64,000 nucleotides of DNA from the human T2T-CHM13v2.0 reference genome, Homo sapiens, in the NCBI RefSeq assembly GCF_009914755.1, contig NC_060926.1. The stretch is one strand, 5' to 3'. Below, piece by piece: positions 14,046 to 26,460 of the stretch; position 1 is the stretch's first letter; each line of letters begins with the position of its first letter. The position numbers and the translations under genes are program-made. The notes under the pieces are model-generated. The model saw nothing but the letters and a program-made list of their open reading frames with translations. It did not search any database and was not told where the DNA came from.

Positions 14046-14260
14046 CATTATTCCACGTTTATTATACAGCAGGTATTTTCCTAAGCATTTACATATATTA
14101 ATTCTCACCAAAAACCCCACAAAGTTTTTGCTGTAGGTACTAGCATTATTTTCACTTAAAGATGAAAAAAAAAATGAATTACAGGGACATTAAGTAATTT
14201 GCCAAAGGCCATAGAGGCAAGATGCAAACTCAGGCATACTTATCTTAGATTATTATACTT
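14046..14260 (-). mobile_element. MIR
   Basis: ctaagcatttacatatattaa...tgtaggtactagcattattttcacttaaagatga...ttaagtaatttgccaaaggcca. Confidence 0.7.
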
Positions 14261-14339
14261 GCCTTCACTGAATTTCACTTTTCTGGGCCCTTAATTTGTA
14301 TTAAAGTTATTTCAAGACCAAAAAACGTCTCTCAATACA

Positions 14340-14599
14340 CTTTTTTTTTTTTTTTTGAGGCAGGGTCTCACTCTGTTATCCTGGCCATAGTGAAGTGGCT
14401 CCAGCAGCTCACTACAGCCTCAACCTGCTGGGCTCAAGTGATCCTTCTTTTGAGTAGCTGGGACTACAGGTACATGCATCACACCTGGATAATTTTTTAC
14501 TTTTTGTAGAGATAAGTTTCCAACTCCTGGGCTCAAGTAATCCTCCTGCATTGGCCTCCCAAAGTGTTGGGATTACTGGTGTAAGCCACTGTGCCCTCC
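14340..14599 (-). mobile_element. AluJ with two small internal deletions
   Basis: T tail, gggctcaagtgatcc; segments missing before gagtagctggg and before caactcctggg. Confidence 0.9.
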
Positions 14600-14628
14600 A
14601 TTTACTTTCATTTTTAAAAAGTATTCCA

Positions 14629-14929
<301 letters not shown>

Positions 14930-15057
14930 GTCTTCCAAAGTTAGTCCTTGTAATATAACCTTAGATAGATAAGAGAAATGTAATAGTTTTTCTGCTGTTA
15001 TCCATAATATATATACTTACATATGCTCTAGATAGCTATTGACAGAGATATATAAAT

Positions 15058-15175
15058 AATAGATGAATAGATAGGTAGATAGATAGATAGATAGATAGAC
15101 AGATAGATAGATAGATAGATAGATAGAAAGAAAGATAGATAGATAGATACATAGATAGAAACAGGTAGACAGAGA
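15058..15175 (+). repeat. Interrupted (TAGA)n tetranucleotide microsatellite
   Basis: Directly visible agat arrays with variant units. Confidence 0.95.
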
Positions 15176-15194
15176 CAACGGTAATGGTCTTTTT

Positions 15195-15785
15195 TCTTCC
15201 ATCTTTGTCCCTCTATAGTCCATACTTCAAAAAGCAGCCAGTGTAATCTTTCAAAATAAAATCAGGTCATTGCTTGGTTTAAAATACCTCGTAATTTCCC
15301 ATCTTACTCTGAGTAAATTCCAAAGTTCTCACTGTGTCTCATAAGGCTGTATGTGTTCTTGCCCATCTATCTCTATGTCTCCTATCAGTCATCTCTTTCC
15401 TTGTTCTTTCCACCAAACTGGACTTGCTGTTTCTGGAGCATATTAAAAATGCATTGAAATGTAATGGATACTCCAAACTCCTTCTATCAAATACACTGTC
15501 TGCCTCTTCATGGGACTTTTTCCTCATTTACTTCATGTCTCTGCTCCAAGGTTGCTCTGTCAAAGAGATCCTTTTGGACCATTCTGTATAGAATGCACTT
15601 CTTTCCACTATCACTCTCTAGCTGTTATTTTGACCTAATCTTCTTTAAAACATTTATATTCTTCCAGAATGCAACCTCAATAAAACCAAGAACTCTGTTT
15701 ATTTGGTTTACTATTGTATCCCCAATGTTTTAAATGGTGATTGTAAAGCATTAGGCACTCGGTACCTATTTCTCATGTAAATAAC
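15195..15785 (+). mobile_element. L2a 3' end
   Basis: gcagccagtgtaatctttc...cttgctgtttctggagca...actattgtatcccca...taggcactc. Confidence 0.8.
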
Positions 15786-15879
15786 ACGTTTATAGAAAAC
15801 ATTGAAGAGGTATTAACAACCTAGGTGATAGGTTTTATGTTAAGTGTTTCAAATGTATGATACATAATCATGACAAGAA

Positions 15880-15980
15880 TCCCATGTCACAAAGAGAAAG
15901 TGCTAGCTTGTAAGTGGCAAAGATAGGATTTGACCTTGGGTAGTCTGATTTCAGAGACTATGCAATTAATCATAATACCA
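15880..15980 (-). mobile_element. MIR fragment
   Basis: gcttgtaagtggcaaagataggatttgaccttgggtagtctgatttcagag. Confidence 0.65.
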
Positions 15981-16602
15981 AACTATCAAACCATGAGAAA
16001 TGTGCTTTAATGTTTAAAGTAAAACGTTACTATCTCTTCTCTGAGGTTTTGACATTTTTCATTCTTTCACATAAAAAGAGCAATGCAATTTACCTTTACT
16101 TTTACCCTAGCTGAGAGACAGCTGAAAGTTTGTTTGTTCTCTGATTGCTAATTTTATCAATACCTTGGAATATATGCCTTCTCTGACATGTTAAAACTTG
16201 CTATTCCACATATCTTTTCCCTGAAAACAGTATGATGAATTAAAAATTATAACTTATTAGGATCTCAGACTTGTCGATCTTGTATTTTGCCTTATTTATG
16301 ATTTGCATTGCTATTCACTGTACTCCATGGAATTCCAGGCTCAGATTTTTCTTCCTTAGTATTTTTATGGTGTATTCATGCATATTGTACTTAATTTTGT
16401 GCTTTTTGAACATTTTTCTACTTTACAATGTAATTTTAATTCTAATTTTATAAGGCATGTTTCTATTGCTTTTCATTTCATGTATAAACTCTAGTTTCCA
16501 GGAAGAAAATGCAAAAGAATATTCATTAGCTGGGCTGTATTCAGCAACCGACAGTATAATTTGGTCATAAAGTCCTGAGCTAATATTGTACTGCTTTCTC
16601 TT

Positions 16603-17063
16603 TGAGAGACTGGATATACAAACAGACAATAGTCACACCATATATAAAAAGAGAACTCTGACTCTTATCCTGTAGCAACCAGTTCAGGAAGTGGAACAAC
16701 AATCCCAGTAGCCACTGGCCCAAAGCAGCCAAGACATGATCAATAACTGACATCATCTCTAATTTTTGCCCCTACTTCCAACTTAGACCCAATGGGAGAA
16801 AGCCAAATATGCCTCCATAACTAATCATAGAGCATGCCCTTGATTGTAGTTAGCCTGCCTACAGCTTTTCCATGGCAACAGACTCCAATCAGAGCATACT
16901 TTTAGCCTTCCTTTTTTTCCATATAAAACTTAGCCACTTGTCTGCCTGCCTTTGAGTCTCTGCCAAACACAAGGAATGGTGTCTCACTCCATTGCTATAT
17001 GGGAAGCTCTGAATCAATAGCCTCTGCTTGTTCTCATTTAGGTGGATTTTGTTTATTTCTACA
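16603..17063 (+). mobile_element. ERV1-class solo LTR (MER90-like)
   Basis: TG...CA termini, CCAAT (ccaatcag), TATA (atataaaa), tctgcctgcctttgagtctctgccaaac. Confidence 0.65.
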
Positions 17064-17186
17064 GTTCCTTTATTAGTACACTGATAATTTAATTTTAATT
17101 ACTTTTAGATTATTCATCCAGAATGTATTAAAAATGTGGACTTTCATTTATACATTGTATTTTTGATAGTTTAAATATAGAGGAAG

Positions 17187-18085
17187 TGTAGTCAAGGATG
17201 CAGCCCCCTAGTCCTGGGCCAGGCATGCTCATGCGCTTTTCAGCATTCCTAGCACAGGTGCCTCCATTCAGAGGCCTCATTATGAGGGGACAGAGGCTGG
17301 ATATATTTTAGGTGCCCCTGCTGAAACCTTATCAGGGAACCTTGACTAAGATATTTTCTCCACTCTGACTTAATAGTTTCTACTCCTGGCACATTCCCCT
17401 CACCTTCCTCCTGGCTACCTGGGTCTATAAAAAGACAGAAAGGTTTTCGTTGTTGTTTTCAGGATTGTCAGCCATGAGATTATTCCTCCACCTGCCCTGC
17501 ATATTAGCTGACTGACCCTTGCCCAACGCCATTTTGTAGAAGAAAATGGAACACTGGGAGCTGGCACTTTTTTTTCTCTCTTTGCCCCTCACCTTCACTG
17601 TTGAAGTATTATGGGCTGAATTGCATCTCCTCCCTCACCAATTTATATGTTGAAGTCCTAACCACCAGTAGCTCAGAATGTGATTGTCTTTAGAGACAGG
17701 GTCTTTAAAAAGGTAATTAAAGATAAATGAGATCATTGGGATGGGCCCTAATCTAATATGACTGGTATTCCTATAGGAAGAGGAAATTAGGGCAAAACAC
17801 CCACAGAGGGAGGAGCATGAAAGACATAGGGAAAGACCATCTACAAGGCAAGGAGGCAGCCCTCAGAAGAAACAATCCTGCCAACACATTAATCTCAGAG
17901 GTATAGCTTCCATAACTGTGAAAAACCAAATTTCTGTTATTTAAGCCACTCAGTCTGTGGTGCTTTGTTATGACAGACCAAGCAAATGAATACATGTGGT
18001 AAGTGAATAAAGGTTTGATTGTGACTTTTGGTTTGGCTCACCCTAATTACCACCTCAACACCTGGCAGCTAAACTGCTTTTGTCT
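17187..18085 (+). mobile_element. ERVL-class LTR (MER54/MER74-like), split by MLT1B
   Basis: TG start tgtagtcaaggatgcagcc, TATA ctataaaa at ~17425, poly(A) signal aataaa resuming right after the MLT1B. Confidence 0.5.
17607..17994 (+). mobile_element. MLT1B solo LTR
   Basis: atgggctgaattg...gggccctaatctaatatgactgg...ccctcagaagaaac...ttaagccactcagtctgtgg...aatgaataca. Confidence 0.9.
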
Positions 18086-18109
18086 TAATTGTGTAAATGG
18101 TATCTTTGG

Positions 18110-19858
18110 AAGAGCATTTTTTGTGAAGTCATAATTTATGTTTTTACTTTTATATTTCAGGTTTTATTTAGCCTATCTAAAATTTCTTTGCAAGATCACA
18201 AATTTTTCCTGTCTTTTTCTTTTAGAAACTTTATAGTTCCTAGTTGCACATCTAGGAAAACTTTTCATTTGAAGTTAAACGTGTGCATGGTGTGAGATAG
18301 GGAGAATGCTAATTTTTTTTTTTTTTGTAAGACAGGATGTCACTCTTGCTCAGACTAGAGTACAGTGGTGGCATATGGCTTACTGCTTACTGCAGCCTCA
18401 ACCTCCCAGGCTCAGGTGATTCTTCCATCCCAGCCTCCCATGTAGCTGGGACTACAGGTGGACACCCCCCATGCCCAGCTAATATTCGTATGTTTTGTAG
18501 AGACAGGGTTTCACCCTGTTGCCCAGGCTGGTCTTGAAATCCTGGGCAAGCAATCCGCCAGCCTCGACCTCCCAAAGTGCTGGGATTACACGCATGAGTC
18601 ACTGTGCCCAGCCCTCAGTCTTTATCCATGCAAATTAAATTGAATAACTTTCGCACCTTTGTCAAAAATAAATTAACTTTACATGAGCAGGCCTATTTCT
18701 GTATGCTTCATTCTATTACATTGATCTACACATCTGCCTTTTTGCTAATAACAAATAGTTTTAATTTTTGTAGATTTATTCTTGAAATCAGGCAGAATGA
18801 CGCTTTCAACTTTTTCTTCTTATTTAGTATCATTTTCAGAATCAACTAATCAATTTGTGTAAGTGGAATTACATTTACTATATAGTTCAGTTGAGATGGT
18901 TATCTTAACACTTGAGTGATTTAGTCCATGAATATTCTATATTACTCCGTTTACTTAGGTCATCTTTATTTTCTCTCATTTATGATTTGTAGTTTTCATT
19001 GTAGAGATCCTATACATTTTTCGTTAGGTTTCTTCCTGTTTAATTTATATTTTGTGTTGAAACAGTAAATGAACTTTTAAATACTTTATTTTACAATAGT
19101 TTGACACTAGTCAATAAAAATACAACTTTTTTTTGTATTTGACATTCTACCCTTGGACTTTGACACATTCCTTTATAAGTTCTAGCAGTTTTTTATTTGC
19201 TTATTTGTTTTTAGATTCCATATAATTTTTCTACTTAAATAATTATACCATCTATAAAAGGTTTACCTCTTCCTTTCCTGTTTCTATGTCTTTAATTTAT
19301 TTTGCACTTTATTGTGAAAATTACAATCCTCACCCCAGAAACAATTTGAATAGGAGTGGTAAAAGTAGGCATCATTTCCATTTTCCTTATTTCCAAAGGA
19401 AATGAGTCAGGGTATCCCCACTAAAAAAATAAAGTCTGTAGGTGTTTCTCAGATTCATTTTATTAGGTTGAGGAAGAAGGTATCTATTATTGCTAATTTG
19501 TTGAGTGTGTATTGTAAATGAGTGTTGCCCTTTTTCTCAAATTTTATATATGTATTTATCTAACTGAACAAAGATTTTTATTCTTTATTTCATTAATATT
19601 GGTAATTAAATCAATTATATTTATTATTATTTCATTATTATAACAATATTATATTGTTACGATAACTATATACACAATATAATAATATAATAACAGTATA
19701 TCATTAATATGTTAATTAAATCTATTAATTTGTTAATTAAATCAATTTTGAATATTAAGCTGATCTTGTATTCCAGAGATAAACTCTATATGGTCATGGT
19801 ATATTATCCTTTTAAGCAGTGGTAATTTTTAATTTTGGTTTTCACGTGTTCATTGCTA
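18110..19858 (-). mobile_element. Ancient L1M (L1MD/ME-like) ORF2 fragments
   Basis: ttttagaaactttatagtt, gcacctttgtcaaaaat, ttgaataggagtggtaaaagtaggcatc, aggttgaggaag motifs. Confidence 0.7.
18313..18613 (-). mobile_element. AluJ
   Basis: Full dimer with T tail, ggctcaggtgattc, tgtagagacagggtttc. Confidence 0.92.
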
Positions 19859-19859
19859 A

Positions 19860-19989
19860 TACAGTCATCCCTCAGTATCCATAGAGGACTGGTTCCAGGA
19901 CCCCTTCAAAATCCACGGATGTTTTAAATCATCTCTAGATGGTACAATGTAAATGCTATGTAAGTAGTTGTTATACTGGATAGTTTAGA
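19860..19989. mobile_element. MER2 (Tigger-family) fragment, internally deleted
   Basis: ta-cagtcatccctcagtatcc TIR; aatgtaaatgctatgtaagtagttgttatactg. Confidence 0.8.
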
Positions 19990-20138
19990 CCAGTGTAAAG
20001 TACATTTCTGGCACCAGGAACTGGTTTCAGTTTCATGGAAGACAATTTTTCCATGGATGTGGGTCGGGGGTGGGGGTGGATGGTTTCTGGATGAAACTGT
20101 TCCACCTCAGATAATCAGATCATCAGGCATACTCTCAT
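19990..20138. mobile_element. MER1A/B (hAT-Charlie) fragment
   Basis: tggcaccagg...tttcatggaagacaatttttccatgga...gatgaaactgttccacctcagat...catcaggcat. Confidence 0.85.
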
Positions 20139-22127
20139 AGTTGTGACCTAACTGACATTTTGTAGGTTTTATAAAATCAAGAAGGAGCCTTTTAAGTTAC
20201 CTTTTAAGTTATTTTAACTTTAAATTAAGCTTAAGTTTTACTTTGTTATAATCATTTATTGTACCACTTGGCAATTTTGGAAACATTCTTTAGTTTGCTC
20301 TCAAGTCTCAAACCTCTGGGGATATAAAACTTGTGGCAAATATGTATCTGCCAAGCATTTAGCAGCTCAGTCAAGTTGACAAGAATGCTGACACACCCAT
20401 AATACAGAATTTCTCCAAATATAGGATAGTAAACATGTTTAAATTAACATAAATCAATTTTAGTTCATATTATAAAAAGATATGGGATGCAATATTGATG
20501 AGAACATGTAGGTTAATTGGGAAGTCCTATGTAATCATCTTCTTTCTCTATTAATTCTATTTATATGCTTTTCTTTTTTATTCTTTTTCCCTCTCCTTTC
20601 ATTAACTCACTTCCCAAACATGGTGTATTAAGATAATAATAATGACTTTATTCTGACAGTTTTTCGTGTGCTTTACCCTTTTTCACAGTCTAGCAAAACA
20701 GAAAGATTCCAATTGATTAGATATATAGTATTAAACTATTATTATTATTCTGAAATTAATGGTGTCACATCTCATGGAATACTATTTTCTTTCCTATGTA
20801 TCTTATATGGTTATTAAATATAGTGATATATATAATTATATATATAATATAATATAAACTGTTGAGTGGCACACAAATATAAGCTATAAGTATTTCAATG
20901 AAATATGGACACAATACTACTTAGGCCTTGATATATGTAAATTTAAGATACATGCCTCAATTCATAAATAAATGATGCCTTGATTTTTAATATCCAAATA
21001 TTAGTGAAAGGATGTGATTCCAGGTTTGTAGTTAACATATCACTGTGGAATAACTGTGTAGTTTCTCCAGTATCACTTTTTTGCATCAACAGTATGAACT
21101 TATTACATTTCTTTCTCTATATCATTAAAGAATACCCTGGAATCTCTGCCTACCTTGGGAAGCAGAAATTAATTCCCTGCGGTAGCGGAAATGGACTGCA
21201 TTTTGTCACTCACCTGCTGTCAGTGCTCTAAGTGAAATGAGATAGTTTCTTGGTAGTGAATTCAAAAGGAAAGCTCTTAAATGTTTTCCACAGAAATCTT
21301 AGTACACCCTTCTCAGTATAATATAGCTAATACGGTGGCAACCTAATTTCCCAGAGAGTATTCACTTTAGCCATACCAGCTGCTAGGCTCTACCAATAGC
21401 TACAGTTTTGATTTTAAATAGAGATAGTCATTTTTGTAAAGAAGTAAATTGCTTTATTTATTACTGATGTTGCTTTTCTCATTTATTGAAACACTTTATC
21501 ACAGCTGGAGAATGCAGCTGCTTTTTTTTTTTCTTATATCACAATCAAACATAAATCATAGGAGAAACACATTAGAGAATAAATAGTTTATCAACTGTTT
21601 AAAATTGGCTGACAGCAAGTCAGAAATATATAATTTTCAAGAAATAAATATATAATTTAAATCAAGATATGCTGATAATGATTAATTATCCTAACTGTGT
21701 TATATTACTTTAAAACTTTTGTTATTTTGGTTAAAGACAAACAAAATACTCATATTTCAAACTTTTAAAGAAAGATGAAGATTGTCAATCTTGGAACTTT
21801 ATTTGTAGTCATCTACAAAAGATGATCTGATGTAAAATTTATTTAAGCATACATAATTGTATCAAGCCTGGCACATAGTAGTGATTGGAAACTTGAAAAC
21901 ATAAAATACATTTGTTGTTGATTATATGATGAACCAGTTAGGAACATCAAAAAGTGATTTATCTAAACCTCACTTCTCAAGTCATTAAAAAACTAAACTC
22001 ATATTATTTTGTTTTGTTTGTTTATTTATACATGTCATTTCAGTTGTTTTCTAAGGTCTGATATGTTTAGGTTTAGTGGGCTCCAGCTCAAAGGGAATTT
22101 ATGCACAGAAGAAAAGTATACAATACC

Positions 22128-23545
22128 TCTTCCTCTTCTATCCATGACAGAGTAATGGGTTAAATTTACCTTCTCTCCTTATGCAAAAATAAGATCAAAA
22201 GACAGAAAAATATATATGAAATAATTATCTTCAGACATTGAACAGAATGCAGTTTAGGCCGATGATTCTTTGAGAAGAGTAAAACAAAGGTAAGTCCCGT
22301 AAATTTTTTCGAATTATTACCTGAAAATGGTTTTCTCACTGCAGTGCAAGAAAGGGAATGCAAATAAAGCCTGACACATCACTGAGTTAAGGAAACAGAG
22401 CTTGGTATTTTGAGTAGTAGAGTGCCAGAGAGCTGGGATTGGGAGAGATTGAGAGAGAGAATTCTAAGGATCTTCAAAGAGATCCCCTTGATGCTTTGAC
22501 TGGCTGGATACTGATCTGTACAGATCTATGTATGCATGAAAGGATACCACCGAACACCAGGGAAAGAATCATTAGAAAACAGTAAGCCAAACAATTCCTG
22601 AATTCCACACACAAAGAATAGTTTTGGACCAGCCCAGCCAGAATGCAACGAATACACAAAGCACTGGGAATTCTCAGAAAGATACTGCTTTAGTATAGGG
22701 CAAATAAGTTCTACACAAGCAAGCCTAAAATAAAGAAAACTGACTCTAAGTAACCTAACTGTGTACCAGCACAGAGCCTAATACTATTTAAAAGCATAAC
22801 AAAATCTAGCAACCATCAATATGAGGTTTATAATATCTGGCATCCAATCAAAATATGCCCAAAAAAAACCAAACAGGAAAATATAACGCACAGTCCATAG
22901 GTAATGCAATAAGTCAAAAGAAAACTAACAACACAGATGATAAAATCAGTATACAAGAGTTTTTAAAAAGCTGTTAAAATATGCTAAATATATTTGAAAA
23001 GACAGTAAAAATGTGATTATCATGAGAAGAATTAGAAAAAATATATTTCATAGATAAAAAAATACAACACCATAAAAAAATTCAGTAGACTTGAAGACAT
23101 AGTAATAGAAACTATTCCAATGAAACATAAAAGAAAATTGAAAAAAATTATCATTGTATACCAGTGTCCTATGAGAATGCATCAACGGTATAACGGAAGT
23201 AAAATTAGACCCCTTGAAGAAAAGAGAATAGTTACAAAAATAAAATTAATAAAAATTAAAAGTTTGTCAAAGTTTTAAAAATAGTAAACTCCCAATATTA
23301 GAAAGGAGCTTCATGAATTCCAAAGAAAGAAAAATCACAAAAGACACATTATAATCAAATTCCTGGGCCAGTGGTAAGTAAAAAATTCCAAAAAGAGCCA
23401 GAGAAAAATAATATATTACATACAAAATAAACTGACAGCATGTTTCTTGTTAAAAATAATCCATAGAAGAGTAGCTTACAGTTATTGAGAGAAAAAAGTC
23501 TTCAAATTAATTCTGTATTCATCAAATATTTTTTGAAATAAAATA
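22128..23545 (+). mobile_element. Old L1M 5'UTR plus ORF1 remnant
   Basis: aaaatatatatgaaataatt...tcagacattg; atatctggcatccaatcaaaa; agacacattataatcaaatt...aaaagagccagagaaaa. Confidence 0.65.
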
Positions 23546-23549
23546 TATT

Positions 23550-25130
23550 CTGCTTTTATCTGTATCTTCTCTAGTTTTGGAACTCTCCACTTCTTCCATT
23601 TTTCAATTTTTTCTTGAATATTTTCCCTCTAACTCTAATAATTTTTTTCATTTACAGTGTAAGTCTACTGGAAATAAATTCATATTTTGAATAAAATAAA
23701 TTTTTACAATCTTCATTTTTGAAATGCATATTTAGTAGATATGGAAGTATACATAGATAAATAAGAACTCTTCTTTTAGAGCTTGAAAATTTGGTTTATT
23801 TTCTTCTACCTTGCATTGCTTTTGTGAGAATACTGTAGAAACTCTTGTATTTGTTCCCCAATATATGTCTTTTTTTTCTCGTTACTTTGAAAATGTTTGC
23901 TTTATCACTTCTGTTTTAAAATTTATGTTGTGCATGTGTGTGTCGGGGGGTCGGTGTTTATCTTGCTTGGGGATTATTGAGATCCTTAACTGTGTTTTTC
24001 TTTTTAAACATATTTTTTAAAAATTGGAAAAACTTTGGCTACTATTTCTTCAAATGTTTTTCTGTTTCACTATCTTCTCCTAGAACTCCAAATTCACTTA
24101 CATCTAACCATTTGATATGGGCCACAGCTCAGTATGCATATATTCATTTTTTTCAGTCTTTCTTTTTTTAACTCTATGCTTCTGTTTAAATAGCTTCTGT
24201 TACCATGTCAAGTTCACCTATCTTTTCGAATAAGTCTAATCTGTTGTTAAGCATACCTAGCCAATTTTTTACTTCAAATATATTTTCCATTGATTCTTTT
24301 TTATATAATGCTCATTTTCATCTCATTTTTCCATTAAAAAAATCTACTTAATTACATTAGTTTCTTGCTTGTCTTTGCTAATTTAATCCTTGCTGTTATT
24401 TCTAGGTTTGTTTCTACTTCCATTTCTTCTCTTTATTATGTATTGAATTTCCTTGTTCTTTCACATGTCTGTTAATTTTTTATTGTATGCCCATCTATAA
24501 GATTGGCACATTGTTGAGTGTCTTTTTTTTTACTTCAAAAACGGTCAGAATTTTATTTCACAAGAAGGTACATTAATAGCTCTTCAATTGTTCTTGTTTT
24601 TCTGTAGGCATGTTTGTAATAATAGAAACTATTCCCATGAAGCATAGAAAAAAATTGAAAAAACTGTCATAGAATATCACTGCTCTATGAAAATACATCA
24701 AGTAGTGTAATGGAAATGTAATTAGAGCCACTGAAGGAGAGGAAAGAGAAGAGTTACAAAAATAATAACCGAAAATTTTTCAAAGTTGTTGAAAATAATA
24801 AACACCCAATATAAGAAAGGAGCTTAATAAATCTCAAGCATAGTAAATGCAAATAAAGTCAAAAAAAGACAGGTCTAGATCATCTTTTCCTCTGATTATG
24901 TTGAGAGTTGCCTCACTCTGGAAGTAGGAACTGAAATATCTCCTTGTCTTGGTTCTATTTGAGCTGTAGACAATTTATAAAATTATTGCTCCCCAATCAT
25001 TGTTTACTTGTCTGGCATTATGTAGTTTTATCCTACACATGTACAGATTAGTATTTAGCCAGACTAAAGGACACTTCTAGGCAGATTTGTGAAGCTGGTT
25101 ATTTTTATACGTTCTTCCTGTTTGATATTC
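23550..25130 (-). mobile_element. Old L1M ORF1 plus 5'UTR remnant in the opposite orientation
   Basis: ttcatttttgaaat, ttggctactatttcttcaaat, aagtctaatctgttgttaa; the 5'UTR at 25030-25095 is reverse-complementary to 22485-22550. Confidence 0.6.
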
Positions 25131-25304
25131 AACCATGGTTACTTTGATGATAAAACAAGTAGGAAAATAAAATTAAATCATATCAAGATCAGTCTATTGA
25201 TGATTGTGTCGTGAAACAAAGATTTAAATCATTTCCATTTTCTGCACTGAGACCAAGTATAGAATGCAATGCCCATTCATTATCAGCCAGATACTTTTGT
25301 GACT

Positions 25305-25762
25305 TGTGGCAGATTTTGTTTTCAAAATATGGCAGGAACAATTATTCTTGTCTTGCACACTCTTCTTACCATGTAACTTTTACATACTTTCTTTTGAGAG
25401 GTGGGAACTGTCTTCACGCCTATGGAATTTGAATAGACTCATGACTATGAATTCTAAGACTAGGTCTTGGAGATAACAGGCTTCTTTCTGGTTCTCCTGG
25501 GAACCTCATTCCTGACACTCAACCAACATGTTATGAGGAAGCCATGTATAGGCCCATCTACAGAAGAATCAAGACCCCTGGCTCAGAGCAGTAACTGTGC
25601 TCCCAATGGCACCAGTCATGAGTAAGCCCATCCCAACTAATACAACATGAATCTGAGGCAAGATGCCTTCTGAGCTTCACCCAAATAGAACATAAGTAAT
25701 TATTGCTTTATACCACTATGGTTTTCCAGCTTGTGAGTTATTTTTACAAATGACTATTAGAT
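25305..25762 (+). mobile_element. MLT1H-like LTR
   Basis: tgtggcagattttgttttcaaaatatggc...catgttatgaggaagcc...tattgctttataccactatg. Confidence 0.75.
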
Positions 25763-26354
25763 GTCATTTAAACGGTATAGGAAACTTTGTGAAGGTACTA
25801 CCGGGAACTTCCCAATTATCTACAATATCATTGGCCATTGAACACTTTCATATGGACTTCAAAGGCAAGAAAGCTTACCACTCTACTCAAGAATGCTAAT
25901 GTGTCTCTGGCTATGTTCTTCCTTGTATGTTATAAATACATCATTTATCTCCATGTATCCTTTGCCAATGTCTATTGTTAAACTTCTGTCTAGCCCATAA
26001 ACACAGAATCATGACAACTGTGTAAGGAAAATGATTTTACATAGAATGCTTGACAATAGATGTCACATTGAGGGGACTAAAGGTCACATTAGAAAATAGT
26101 CAAGTATCAGTCAAGTAGTCAGGGTACACTCCCATAAAACCTATCCAGAAATTATTATGGCTTAAGAGAAATTTATTTATTAGCCATACATATGCAAGGT
26201 AGGTCAGGAATGAGAACTTTTTTTCATAGTGTTCATTCAGGTATCTGGTTAAAGGAAATTCCATCTCAATATTTACTTTCAGAATTGCTGTAAGAAGAGC
26301 AAGGAGGCATAGTAAATCATATAATGGATTCCAAATAATCTGCCATAAAATGAC

Positions 26355-26460
26355 AAACGTCATTTCTGCTCACATTTCATTGACCAAAGTAAGCCACATG
26401 GCCATAGTTAACTTCAAAAAGGAGGGCAAGGTGCCATTCTAACATGTTTCCCAGACTGAA
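26355..26460 (-). mobile_element. MLT1J/K fragment
   Basis: catttctgctcacatttcattgaccaaagtaagccacatggcca. Confidence 0.6.

Noticed and set aside
13707-14136. Arg/Glu/Lys-rich and Ser/Pro/Phe-rich ORFs of 94-125 aa
   Set aside because: These are translations of the purine tract, which cannot contain stop codons; there is no coding evidence.
20826-20845. 20-bp palindrome atatatataattatatatat
   Set aside because: Pure A/T microsatellite, self-complementary by composition.
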